Origin: Thermoproteota archaeon | Lineage (GTDB): Archaea; Korarchaeota; Korarchaeia; Korarchaeales; Korarchaeaceae | Reading direction: 5' to 3' | DNA: 64,000 nucleotides | Assembly: GCA_027491915.1 (NCBI GenBank) | Contig: JAOZGC010000002.1 | Span: forward strand, 32,001-96,000 | Part shown: positions 9,998 to 19,666 of the stretch, one piece after another | How the letters are laid out: each line of letters starts with the position of its first letter | Position numbering within the stretch: position 1 is the stretch's first letter | Notes under the pieces: model-generated | Seen by the model: the letters and a program-made list of their open reading frames with translations, nothing else | Databases searched by the model: none | What the model was told of the DNA's origin: nothing | Program-made: the position numbers and the translations under genes

Positions 9998-10618
9998 GTG
10001 ATCGCGCTGCTCGCTACGGCCCTGGGCTTGAAGTTCAGGGATGGGGTGGTCCTGGCGGCCGACAGGCGGGTCTCCTACGGGGGGTTCGTCTATAGCCGTT
10101 CTATGAAAAAAGTCTTTCCTGTTAACGATAGAGTTGGGGTTGCATTCGCCGGCTTACCGGCAGATTTTCAAGAGTTATATGATAGCCTCATATATAATGT
10201 TCGCATATTTGAATTAGATGAGATGAAGCAGGCCAGCCCGGTCAATGTCGCCAAGCTCCTGTCCCTGCTGCTCTACGGCAGAAGGCTCTCGGTTCTCATG
10301 TACGCCGAAGTGGTGGTCGGCGGAATGGGACCCTCCGGTCCACAGATAGTCACGATAGACGCCGCCGGCGGCACCATAGAGGAAGATTTCGCGTCGGAGG
10401 GCTCCGGCGCCCAGCTCTCCACGGGGATACTGGAGAGGGAGTACAAACCCGGGATGACGGAGAGGGAAGCCGTCAAGCTGGCGGTGAGGGCCATGAAGGC
10501 AGCCATAGAGAGGGACTCCCTGTCTGGAGATGGGATAGATCTCCTCATAATCAAGGGGGAGGGGATTTCCCATAGGTTCCTGCCGGTCAGGATGAGCTGG
10601 GAACGGGTTGAGATCTGA
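9998..10618 (+). CDS. psmB: 20S proteasome beta subunit (probably non-catalytic type)
   Basis: ATALGLKFRDGVVLAADRR, GSG, AIERDSLSGDG. Start moved to GTG 9998 because the ORF-track start lies inside the tRNA. Confidence 0.93.
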   Translation: MIALLATALGLKFRDGVVLAADRRVSYGGFVYSRSMKKVFPVNDRVGVAFAGLPADFQELYDSLIYNVRIFELDEMKQASPVNVAKLLSLLLYGRRLSVLMYAEVVVGGMGPSGPQIVTIDAAGGTIEEDFASEGSGAQLSTGILEREYKPGMTEREAVKLAVRAMKAAIERDSLSGDGIDLLIIKGEGISHRFLPVRMSWERVEI

Positions 10619-10666
10619 GTCATTTTAGTAGAAGTCCGGAGTAAACCTATGAGGTGTTGGTGAGAG

Positions 10667-11827
10667 ATGACGGGGGTTGCCGACAGGGTGGATCCCCTGA
10701 GGATCAGGGAGAACCTTCTCAATATGGTCAGAATCAAGAGCGTTTACTCCCACGAGGAGAAGATGGTCGACTACCTCCTGGATTTTCTCCCCAGGTTCGC
10801 CAACAGAGTGGAGCACCAACCCGTCAGGGGTTGCGCCGGCAACGTCATCGCCCAGTTTGGTCCCACAGACGGTCCTAGATTGCTCCTCATGTCGCACATG
10901 GACACCGTGGAAGTTATGTCCGGCTGGACCAAGAGTCCCTGGGGAGAGGTTCAGGGCGACCTGATCTTCGGCCTTGGATCTTGGGACGCCAAGGGGTGCT
11001 TGGCTGCCATGATAGAGGCGGCCGTGGTCGCGTCGAGCGCCGGCGACGAGGGGATCGGAATAACCCTCGCGGCAGTTTGCGACGAGGAAGGCTTCAGCAG
11101 GGGGACCTACGAGCTGATAAAGGGCGGAAAGTTGTCGGGCGTCGCGGGCGCCGTCGTGGGCGAGCCGACCGGGGAGAAGATCGGCGTTGGGGCGTACGGT
11201 AGGTTCGTCTTAGACGTGAAGGTAATCGGTAGAGCTGGCCCTGACGTGGAGGAGGGAGTAAATGCCATAATAGAGGCCGCAAAATTGGTTCTGTGGGCTT
11301 CAGAGTTTCCTAAACTGCCCAAATCTTGTGGAGGTACCGTGGCCCCTCTGAGCATAAAATCTAGGGAGCTGATGATAACCCACCCGGACCTCTGCGTCCT
11401 GAGGGTGGACAGGCACTATCCGCCGGGAGAGGATGAGCAGTCGGCCAAGAGGAAGTTCATCTCCCACCTCAAGAGGGCGCCCAACCTCAGGGCCCATTTG
11501 GAGGTGGACGTGATGGACAGGCCCACCCCCTTTCTCACCCCCTACCGGTTGAGCGAGGACGAGCCGATCGTCCGCGCCGCCGGGGAGACGGGTCGAGAGA
11601 TTTTTGGGAGAGAGCCGGAGACCGTCGTGCTGAGATACGTCACGGACGCGAACTATCTCTCCACCTTGGCCGGGATACCAACGATCACCCTTGGTCCGAA
11701 GGGCGGAAACATGCACTCGCCTGATGAGCACGTTTCATTTTCTTCTGTGGTCGCTCTGGCAAAAATAATAAGTTCTATACCGGAAAAAATTAGTAAATAT
11801 TTACCGAATGTGGGCAAACTGCGGTAA
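10667..11827 (+). CDS. M20-family metallohydrolase (ArgE/DapE/LysK-like)
   Basis: SHMDTV, GSWDAKG, DEE, GEPT, MHSPDE metal ligands. Confidence 0.9.
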   Translation: MTGVADRVDPLRIRENLLNMVRIKSVYSHEEKMVDYLLDFLPRFANRVEHQPVRGCAGNVIAQFGPTDGPRLLLMSHMDTVEVMSGWTKSPWGEVQGDLIFGLGSWDAKGCLAAMIEAAVVASSAGDEGIGITLAAVCDEEGFSRGTYELIKGGKLSGVAGAVVGEPTGEKIGVGAYGRFVLDVKVIGRAGPDVEEGVNAIIEAAKLVLWASEFPKLPKSCGGTVAPLSIKSRELMITHPDLCVLRVDRHYPPGEDEQSAKRKFISHLKRAPNLRAHLEVDVMDRPTPFLTPYRLSEDEPIVRAAGETGREIFGREPETVVLRYVTDANYLSTLAGIPTITLGPKGGNMHSPDEHVSFSSVVALAKIISSIPEKISKYLPNVGKLR

Positions 11828-12973
11828 TTGGTGGGCTGGGGGGCGCGGTTGGACCTGCCGACTATACTCGGGGTCTACTCCCTCGGCTGGCTCGCGGTGT
11901 TCGGCCTCTCCAGGGTGGTGGACCTCTCCCGCTGGGGGCTCGCGGTGGGTCCCCTCTACGTGGAGTGGAGCTCCAGGCTGCCGGAGTGGAATCTCTCCGG
12001 CAGGTTCATAAAATATATACTTGATTTCGGGATTTTTCTTTCCATTATTTTCTCCTTTTTGGGTATATATATGATATTCTCTGGCCTCCTCAGCGCAGCC
12101 TTCCTCTGGGGCAGGGCGGCCCCGACGATCGCCCCGCCCGTGCCGGGACTGACGGTGAGGCTCGATCCGCCCACCATCCTGGCTCTGGCCGCGACTCTGA
12201 TGGCCCACGAGTTGGGCCATGCAATCGCGGCCTCCGCCGAGGGAATTGGAACCAAGAGAATCGCTTTCTTCTTTCTCTTCATATTACCCGGGGCCTACGT
12301 AGAATTGGATGAGGGAGACGTTGCCGAGAGCCGCCCGAGATCTCGCGCCAGGGTTTTCTCGGCAGGGGTACTCTCCAACGCAATCGTCGCCGGGTCCATC
12401 CTAATGCTGGGAGTGCTCCTCATGTCCGGCTTCCCGAACAACCCCTCGGGGATCTACGTGGAGGCCACCGTGGAGGGCGGACCCTCTTGGGGCCGGCTGA
12501 TTCCTGGAGACGTGATAACGGCCGTCGACGGCGTGAGGGTCACCACCACCCCAGAGCTGATCTCCGTCCTCTCGGAGAGGTGCCCCGGATCGACCGCCGT
12601 GATTACGACTCTACGCGGAGATTTTGAGGTGATACTCGGCTCTAGGCCTGGCGGCGGAAACAGATCATGGTTGGGAGTGCTATTGAGCCCCTTTGGCTAT
12701 TATAAACCGAGAATCCCCATGCCCGCGGGTCTGGTGGTGGCCCTCTCCGAGTTCTCCCTGCTCTCCATCATCTTCAATTTGAGCGCCGCTGCCCTAAATG
12801 CCCTGCCGGCCCTACCCCTCGATATGGGAAAGATATTCGAGGACGCCCTGAGGAGGCTCCTCTCCAATCCCAAGACCGCCGCTCGGATAGCCACGATCTC
12901 CTCCATTATCATTTGGTCGGCCGTGGCGTTCGACCTGACCTATTCCCTGCTGTGGGTGGCGAGGATCATTTGA
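11828..12973 (+). CDS. Site-2 protease (M50) with PDZ domain
   Basis: HELGH, AGVLSN, PDZ-like LIPGDVITAVDG, NALPALPLDMG; multiple TM segments. Confidence 0.92.
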   Translation: MVGWGARLDLPTILGVYSLGWLAVFGLSRVVDLSRWGLAVGPLYVEWSSRLPEWNLSGRFIKYILDFGIFLSIIFSFLGIYMIFSGLLSAAFLWGRAAPTIAPPVPGLTVRLDPPTILALAATLMAHELGHAIAASAEGIGTKRIAFFFLFILPGAYVELDEGDVAESRPRSRARVFSAGVLSNAIVAGSILMLGVLLMSGFPNNPSGIYVEATVEGGPSWGRLIPGDVITAVDGVRVTTTPELISVLSERCPGSTAVITTLRGDFEVILGSRPGGGNRSWLGVLLSPFGYYKPRIPMPAGLVVALSEFSLLSIIFNLSAAALNALPALPLDMGKIFEDALRRLLSNPKTAARIATISSIIIWSAVAFDLTYSLLWVARII

Positions 12974-13995
12974 AGGGAGAGGGCCTAAACCCCTTCTCTC
13001 GGGTAAATCCTCCACCCAAGCCGGACGATCTCCTGTCTAGGGCGTTCAGGAGGGCCTTCTCGCGGGGGAGGGGATTGGGGGGGTCCCTCGTGGCGAGGGC
13101 GAGGGCGAGGGAGATACAGAGAATAAGATCTATGGTACAATCCGTATCGGATAGGCTGATCCTCACCGTGAGATCCTTCCCAAACCTGGATAACGTGACC
13201 CCATTCTACTTGGAATTGGCTGGCTCGTTGGTCAACATAGACGAGCTGCGACACTCTCTCGGTGCCCTGTACTGGGCCGCCAAGACCATAAGAGTTGTGG
13301 GCAGGAGACACGTGGTCCTGGTCAGGCGGGCTAAAAATCCCAGGGAGATGGAATTAGCCAGGAGGGGGGCCATGGGGAGAATATCCTCCATAGTTAGGGA
13401 CGTGAAGGGAGAGATCATCTTCGTCAGGGAGGCGGCCTTCGCTCTGCGGAAGCTTCCATCCATAGACGTGGATCGACCTTCCTTGATCGTGGCCGGTCCT
13501 CCAAATGCCGGGAAGAGCACGCTGGTTCGTAGGATCTCGTCTGGCAGCCCGGAGGTTGCTCCCTATCCCTTCACCACCAAAGGCCTCCTTCTGGGTCACC
13601 TGAACCTGCCCCGGGTGGGTACCGTCCAAGTCATAGACACGCCTGGACTGCTGGATAGGCCCCTCTCCGAGAGGAATAAACTGGAGCTCCAGGCCATATT
13701 GGCCATAAGACATCTGAGAGGCGTCGTTCTGATGTTGCTGGATCCGACGGAAACCTGCGGCATGGAGGTTCGGAGTCAGCTCTCCCTTGCCGAGGAGATA
13801 TTAAAAACTTTTCCGGAAAAGAAATTTCTATTTGGACTCAATAAATCGGATTTGGGTATTTTATTTAATCAGAGGTCACCCATAATAAAAGAAGCTATAT
13901 CAAAGCTGGGATTCACCCCCATCGAGATCTCGGCAGAGACGGGGGAAGGAATCCCTGGGCTCCTGGCGGCCGTCAGAGAGGCCCTTCTTGGGTGA
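12970..13995 (+). CDS. NOG1/Obg-family GTPase
   Basis: GPPNAGKST, PYPFTTK, DTPGLLDRP..ERN, NKSD, ISA. TTG 12970 chosen as start. Confidence 0.92.
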   Translation: MKGEGLNPFSRVNPPPKPDDLLSRAFRRAFSRGRGLGGSLVARARAREIQRIRSMVQSVSDRLILTVRSFPNLDNVTPFYLELAGSLVNIDELRHSLGALYWAAKTIRVVGRRHVVLVRRAKNPREMELARRGAMGRISSIVRDVKGEIIFVREAAFALRKLPSIDVDRPSLIVAGPPNAGKSTLVRRISSGSPEVAPYPFTTKGLLLGHLNLPRVGTVQVIDTPGLLDRPLSERNKLELQAILAIRHLRGVVLMLLDPTETCGMEVRSQLSLAEEILKTFPEKKFLFGLNKSDLGILFNQRSPIIKEAISKLGFTPIEISAETGEGIPGLLAAVREALLG

Positions 13996-14001
13996 GATCT
14001 A

Positions 14002-15048
14002 ATGTATGAGATCCTGATTCTCCTGTCCGGAGAGCATCCAACGCTCCCTCGATCGGAGGTCCTGGGGGTGCTGGAGGCGGAGAGAATCGAGTACGGCCGG
14101 GTCGCGGGAGAAGGTCGGCTTATGTCGGTGGAGGTCTCCAATCCAAAACGCGCCGCAAGCAGGGTGGCTGCCAGATCGGCATTCGCCAAGAGGATAGCCC
14201 TGTCCCTGGCCAGCCTCCCGCGGCCGTCGACTCTGGGAGAACTCCTATCCCACCTTAGGGGAATTGACCTCCCACAACTCCGCGGATCCTTCAGGGTCAG
14301 GGTCTACAAGATATCCGGATCACCTCCGGCAAATTCTATCGAGATTGAGAGGGAATTAGGTCGAATAATATTAGATAATGTGGAAAATTTGAAAGTTAAC
14401 TTAACAGAGCCGGACTACGAATTCATGGTCATCTTCACCGGCGGGGGGGTGAAGCTCGCCCTCCTGCTGGACTCGGTCGACAGGTCCGACCTGGTGGCGA
14501 GATCCGTTTCCATGAGGCCCTTCAGGCACCCCTCCTCTATGAATCCCTTCCTGGCCAGGGCCATGCTCAACCTGGCCAGGGTTAGGCCGGGAGATCTGGT
14601 ACTCGATCCCTTCGTGGGGGCCGGTGGGATAGCCCTGGAGGCCCTATTCTTGGGGGCCCGGCTGATCGGTTTCGACGTCGATCCAAAGATGATTAGGGGG
14701 GCCGAGATCAACCTCACTTCGTACAGCTTCTTCTCAGGCTACAAGCTGGCCGTGGCCGACGTTAGAGATCTGAATCTCGACGTCGTTCCCGACGAGGTGG
14801 TCACGGACCCCCCCTACGGGAGGTCGACCAAGATAGTTGGGTCTTCCCCGAGGGAGCTAATTTCAGCCATGTTGGAGAGGGCCAGAGAGTCCTTGAGGCC
14901 CGGAGGACATATAGTCTTCTCCGCTCCCGTCGAGATGAGGCCTTCGGAGATGGCGGCGAGCCGCGGCCTGATGGTCAGGGAGAAGCACCTCATCAGAATA
15001 CACCGGGGCCTCACCAGGGAGATTGTAGTGGGGGTGAATCCACCGTGA
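14002..15048 (+). CDS. tRNA (guanine-10 N2)-methyltransferase, THUMP + MTase (Trm11/Trm-G10 type)
   Basis: LSGEHPTLP..E, RPFRHPSSM, LDPFVGAGG, TDPPYGR. Confidence 0.88.
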   Translation: MYEILILLSGEHPTLPRSEVLGVLEAERIEYGRVAGEGRLMSVEVSNPKRAASRVAARSAFAKRIALSLASLPRPSTLGELLSHLRGIDLPQLRGSFRVRVYKISGSPPANSIEIERELGRIILDNVENLKVNLTEPDYEFMVIFTGGGVKLALLLDSVDRSDLVARSVSMRPFRHPSSMNPFLARAMLNLARVRPGDLVLDPFVGAGGIALEALFLGARLIGFDVDPKMIRGAEINLTSYSFFSGYKLAVADVRDLNLDVVPDEVVTDPPYGRSTKIVGSSPRELISAMLERARESLRPGGHIVFSAPVEMRPSEMAASRGLMVREKHLIRIHRGLTREIVVGVNPP

Positions 15049-15977
15049 GGGTGACCTTTCTGGGAACCAGCAGCGCGGTCCCCACGCCGGAGAGACGCGT
15101 CACGTCCATAGCCGTCTCCTTCGGCAGGGAATACATCCTCTTAGACGTCGGTGAGTGCGCCCAGATAGGCCTGATGAAATCGGGGCTTGGGTTCGGGAGG
15201 CTAAAGAGGATCTTCATATCTCACCTGCACGGGGATCACTTCTTCGGCCTGTTCCCCCTGATTCAGACCCTCGGCATACTCGGTAGGAGGGATCCCCTTG
15301 AGATATACGCTCCCCCCGATCTGGAGGCCATTCTGGATCTGATGATGGAAAAGGAAATACTTATACCAGGATTCAAGATAATCTTCCATCCTATTATACC
15401 CAATTCTAGATTAAAATTCGGCGAATACTCAATAACGGCCTTCCCGGTGATCCACGGAGACGCCCCGACCTACGGATTCAAGGTGGTGGAGAGGGCTAAG
15501 AGAGGCAGGTTCGACGCCGCCAAGGCCGAAGAGTTGGGGGTCCCCCCCGAGCTGAGGGGGGTGCTGATTAAGGGCTTCCCGATAAGGCTGAGCGACGGTA
15601 GGATCGTCAGGCCGCAGGATCTGATAGGCCCGCCGAGGCCGGGGAGGTGCTTGGTTTACTCATCTGACTCTAGACCCTGCCGGAGGGTGGTGGAGGAGGC
15701 TAGGGGGTGCGACCTTCTCATACACGACTCCACCTTCAGATCGGACATGGCCGACAGGGCCGAGTCCACCGGTCACAGCACCGTGAAGGAGGCCTGCGAG
15801 ATAGCGTCGGCCGCCGGGGTCGGCCTGCTCGTGCTCACGCACTTCAGCGCCAGGTACCGAGAGTCCGACTTGAGAGAGATAGAAGAAGAGGCGAGGAAAC
15901 TCTTCTCCGACGTGATCGTGGCTAGGGATCTCCTGTCGATAGATCTTGAAGATCTTCCCGCCCGCAAAAAATTCTAA
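15045..15977 (+). CDS. rnz: Ribonuclease Z
   Basis: FLGTSSAVPT, SHLHGDH, GP-type exosite, HDSTF, HST, THFSARY. Confidence 0.96.
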   Translation: MRVTFLGTSSAVPTPERRVTSIAVSFGREYILLDVGECAQIGLMKSGLGFGRLKRIFISHLHGDHFFGLFPLIQTLGILGRRDPLEIYAPPDLEAILDLMMEKEILIPGFKIIFHPIIPNSRLKFGEYSITAFPVIHGDAPTYGFKVVERAKRGRFDAAKAEELGVPPELRGVLIKGFPIRLSDGRIVRPQDLIGPPRPGRCLVYSSDSRPCRRVVEEARGCDLLIHDSTFRSDMADRAESTGHSTVKEACEIASAAGVGLLVLTHFSARYRESDLREIEEEARKLFSDVIVARDLLSIDLEDLPARKKF

Positions 15978-16437
15978 TTAGATCGGCCGAGGTGATCTCC
16001 TGCACTATCTTACCATCCCTCGTCCGGGGAGCCATCCAGTCGATCAAATACTCCAGGCCGCCGCCCTCAACCCAGATGCGGATCTCTATCGCCCCCAATG
16101 GGGACTCTTCCTGGCTCTCGCACAGGCGGATCCTCCCGTACAGGGCGGCCTGCTTGTGCACCAGGAGGGAGGTCTCCTCGCCGACCCTACGGGCTCTGAG
16201 CAGCATCCTGGCCGTATCCAATATCCTGTCGTTCCTTAAGGACCTCCACAGCTTCGCGAGCGGCGCCAGCCCCCGGCCCTCCCCCCTAACGAAGTCACCC
16301 TCCAAGTCTAGGCTCTCCTCCGGGAGGGGGACCACCTGGAGTATTGCCCTGGCCACCCTCCCAGCCACCTCGGTGGGGAAAACGCGCGCCGAGACTCGAA
16401 CCCTCACGACGTCCTCCAGCAGTTCTCTCCCATCCAA
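15922..16437 (-). CDS. UPF0201/COG1931-type RNA-binding protein
   Basis: VFPTE...V, RILDTAR, HKQAA..G, ESPLGAI, WMAPRT.DG. Confidence 0.8.
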   Translation of the reverse strand: MDGRELLEDVVRVRVSARVFPTEVAGRVARAILQVVPLPEESLDLEGDFVRGEGRGLAPLAKLWRSLRNDRILDTARMLLRARRVGEETSLLVHKQAALYGRIRLCESQEESPLGAIEIRIWVEGGGLEYLIDWMAPRTRDGKIVQEITSADLIRIFCGREDLQDLSTGDP

Positions 16438-16820
16438 GGGTACCCCCTCCTCTCGAGGTATGGCAGGAGCTCCTCCACCCTACTCGGTAGGTTCAGCCTC
16501 AGGTACTCCTCCCTCGGCCACCTTATAACGGATCCGCCGAGCGCCTCTATCTCAGACGATAGTCTCTTCAAGATCCTCCTGCCCTCCGAGTCAAAATCGA
16601 CCATGAGAACGAATTCAGCACCCCTCAGGCCTCCCCCTGAGAGCGACCTCATCGCCCTCTTGAGTTCCCTCACGGTCTTCACGGTCCCCGAGATCCCCAA
16701 ACCGCGGAGACTTTTTCTGTCTTCTTCCCCCTCCACCACGATGCTGATTCCGCCTACCTCGGAAAGTCTACGCAATTTGTCTAGGTATTCCCAGATAACT
16801 TCAAAATCCCTCCTACTCAT
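16404..16820 (-). CDS. Small Toprim-domain protein
   Basis: IVVEGEED...LG and MVDFDSEG Toprim motifs; start uncertain. Confidence 0.85.
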   Translation of the reverse strand: MSRRDFEVIWEYLDKLRRLSEVGGISIVVEGEEDRKSLRGLGISGTVKTVRELKRAMRSLSGGGLRGAEFVLMVDFDSEGRRILKRLSSEIEALGGSVIRWPREEYLRLNLPSRVEELLPYLERRGYPWMGENCWRTS

Positions 16821-16933
16821 CCGTCCGTTTTTCCCCCTCCTCTTCCCCAGCCTCTTCACCCTGAGATCTCCCTCGAGCTGAGCCGCCCGACGATCAATAC
16901 AAATATAATGTGCTCCTCGGGTGAAACCGAAAC

Positions 16934-18083
16934 CATGCCCCCCACTCCCGAAGCCCTCGCTCTGCTGGTCTTGGTGGCCTCGGCGGCGGCCGTTCAAGTC
17001 GCCGCGGCCCCGCGCGGCGCGGTCCTGAAGAACATGGAGGTTTTCGTTGACATCTCGAGAGACGACAGCTGCTCCGTCGAGGTTCGGGCCGTGGTCACCA
17101 ATCCGGACGACGGTCAGGCAGAGCTGAGATCCATCAGGCTCCCATTGCAGGAGGCGGCGGGCAACTCCTCCGTGCTGGAGGGCTCTCTCTTACCAGTTTA
17201 CGGGGACGTCTCGGTCTCCATAAGGACCACCTCGGCCGGAAGATCCATAATAGTGACTCCGGCGGATCCCGTGGGGCCGGGCGGGGAGCTAAACTTCTCT
17301 TTCAGGTTTAACGCCAACCCCCCCTTCTGCTCCCAACCCTACGGTGGCAACGTCAATTCCAGCTTCAGGGTGGTGGTCTTCTCCATAGGGAAGCCCAATC
17401 TGACGATCTCTCCGGAGGTCGGCTCCAGGGTAGAGGTGAGCATTAAACTCCCAGTAGATTCAGGGGTGATCCAGCTGGTTCCGTCCCCCATTTTCTATCC
17501 CCCAAACCCAGAAATCCAGCTCGACAGTTGGGAGAGGAGGGTGATCCTCACCTGGGGAGGGTTAGAGTCGCTTCCCGGTGGGGGTTGGTCCTTTCGCCTC
17601 TACTACTACAGGGGTCACCCCCCCACCTCCATACCCGTGGCCCCCAACCCGGTGATCCCGAACAGGTCACCATCCCGAGGGGAATTCTCGCCCGATCCCG
17701 TGATATTCGTGCTGCTGGGCACCAACGTGGTGACGCTCATCCTGGCTCTGCTGGCCTGGAGGAGATCTGGAAATCCGCCTCCTGGACCGGGGGACCTCTT
17801 CAACCGGGGCGTTCAGGGTTTCGTCGAGCCCTCGATAATCCGAGATCTCGACCCGGATGAGAGGACTGTGGTGGAGATCCTGGCCGAGAATCAGGGCAGC
17901 ATGCCCCAGAAGGATCTCCCCTACGCCTCCGGCTTCTCCAAGAGCAAGATCTCCCGTATCTTAAAGCGCTTGGAGGGTCTCGGGATAGTGAGCAGGACCA
18001 CCAGCGGGAAGACCAAGATAGTTGAGCTGGACCCGAACTTATTCGTGGCGCTCAGATCCGGTGAGGGCGAACCGCGGGGGTGA
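16934..18083 (+). CDS. Membrane-anchored protein: signal peptide, extracellular beta domain, TM helix, C-terminal winged helix (COG2512-like)
   Basis: N-terminal hydrophobic ALALLVLVASAAAVQVAA; TM VIFVLLGTNVVTLILALLAW; LDPDERTVV...MPQKDL...FSKSKISRILKRLE.LGIV.R...GKTKIV. Confidence 0.8.
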
Positions 18084-18096
18084 CAACCCTAAGGAC

Positions 18097-18184
18097 TGGT
18101 GCGGGGGGTGGGATTCGAACCCACGAACCCCTACGGGAGCGGATCTTGAGTCCGCCGCCTTTGACCTGGCTCGGCAACCCCCGC
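18097..18184 (-). tRNA. tRNA-Leu(CAA), CCA encoded
   Basis: Reverse complement GCGGGGG...GCGGA-CTCAAGA-TCCGC, long variable arm, GTGGG-TTCGAAT-CCCAC, ACCA. Confidence 0.96.
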
Positions 18185-18207
18185 TCCACCCCGCAGGGGT
18201 CGGCAGC

Positions 18208-19041
18208 CTATATAGATCTTCCGAGCCTCTGCAGGAGGGCGCCATACCTTGCCCTGGAGATCCTGACGATCAATCTTGCGTAGAAATTATTCTTTATTCC
18301 CCCCTTAACGCTAAGGAATTTTGCACCACCTTCCGCGAGGTGGAGTTCGACATCCCTCCCGACGGGCACCTCCACCTGCCCGTCAGCTATCGCGCTCAGC
18401 TCCCTGCTGGATCTGACCCTCACCTCGCTGTCAGGCGGGATCACCAGGGCCCTGGTCGGAACCTCCATGCTCGGGGGCCACGGGGCGAGCGGGGAGATCA
18501 CCATGGCCGGGATCCTGGGATCTACTATGGGACCGCCGGTTGATAGGGAGTAGGCCATGGAACCCAGAGGGGTGGAAAATATCACTCCGTCCGACAGGAA
18601 CCTGTTTATCTCCGTTCCATCTACCTCCACGGAGAACCAGGCGGCCTTCCCCCTCTGGGCCGCCAGAAGCAGGATCTCGTTGATCGCCCTCAGGCCGAGG
18701 TCTCGGACCGCGGCGGTCGGGACCTCCTCTACCGCGAATCTTCCCTCCACTATATCCCCCACCGCTTCTAGGGCCTCTCCCATTTCCAACTCCATAAGGA
18801 GACCGTAAGTTCCATCCTTGACTCCGATGATTGGGATCCTACCCCCGGTTAGGTGAAAAGCCTTGAGCAGGGTCCCGTCGCCGCCGAAGGCCATCGCGAA
18901 GTCTCCCTCTCCCACGTCGACGGGCGAGTCGGAAATCCTCAATACCTCCAGGCCAGAGGCAGAGAACTTCCTCTCAACCCTCCCCACGACATCCTCGACG
19001 TCGGGAACTCCCCTCTTTACCACCAGGATGGCCCTCCTCAA
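18208..19041 (-). CDS. nadK: NAD(+) kinase
   Basis: GGDGTLL, AINE, DGVIFSTPLGSMAYSLSTGGP, ADG. TTG start follows GGAGG. Confidence 0.93.
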   Translation of the reverse strand: MRRAILVVKRGVPDVEDVVGRVERKFSASGLEVLRISDSPVDVGEGDFAMAFGGDGTLLKAFHLTGGRIPIIGVKDGTYGLLMELEMGEALEAVGDIVEGRFAVEEVPTAAVRDLGLRAINEILLLAAQRGKAAWFSVEVDGTEINRFLSDGVIFSTPLGSMAYSLSTGGPIVDPRIPAMVISPLAPWPPSMEVPTRALVIPPDSEVRVRSSRELSAIADGQVEVPVGRDVELHLAEGGAKFLSVKGGIKNNFYARLIVRISRARYGALLQRLGRSI

Positions 19042-19117
19042 ATCCGAGACCTCCGGACCAGAAGGAACCGAAGCCCCTCTCCGGGAACTAAAATATAATT
19101 CGGGACAATAACCTGAG

Positions 19118-19663
19118 ATGGGCCTGATCCTCACCCTATCCAACGAGGACCTGCGCCTCATGCTCAGGCTGCTCCCGGTGACGGTCAAGGGGCGGGAGGA
19201 TCAGAGCCTGCTTCCCCTCCTCCCGTGGCACGTTCGCGCCGGCATTCGGGTGGACGTCCCGTCTTGGGCCGCCCGCCTCTTGGAAGCGGAGGGAAAGGTC
19301 GAGGTGGAGGAGGGAGAACACACGATCAGGGAGCTGGACAGGCTGATACACAAGGAGGACATCACGGCCAGGCCCACCAAGATGAGCGACTCCATCCTGA
19401 GGTGGATGATCCTCCGACTCGGGGAGCTCGGCAAGACGGGGCCTTCTCAGGATCTCGAGAAGCTGTCCCTCGCTGCCAGGGAATTGGGGATAAAAAGAAT
19501 AACAAAAATAGTGAAATATGCCGTCTTATCTCTGGAGTATCCAGATATAGAGAAGAAGATAGGAAGTAGACTCACCCTCCCCGAGAGGGTGGTGTACGGA
19601 CAGGTGAGAGAGATAATAGCCGACTGGCTCTCCCTCGAGGTCGGCGGCGGGGGGAGGAGATAG
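19118..19663 (+). CDS. GINS complex subunit (Gins23-like)
   Basis: N-terminal B-domain-like VDVPSWAARLLE..G, then RITKIVKYA...LTLPERVVY; directly upstream of mcm. Confidence 0.75.
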   Translation: MGLILTLSNEDLRLMLRLLPVTVKGREDQSLLPLLPWHVRAGIRVDVPSWAARLLEAEGKVEVEEGEHTIRELDRLIHKEDITARPTKMSDSILRWMILRLGELGKTGPSQDLEKLSLAARELGIKRITKIVKYAVLSLEYPDIEKKIGSRLTLPERVVYGQVREIIADWLSLEVGGGGRR

Positions 19664-19666
19664 GCC

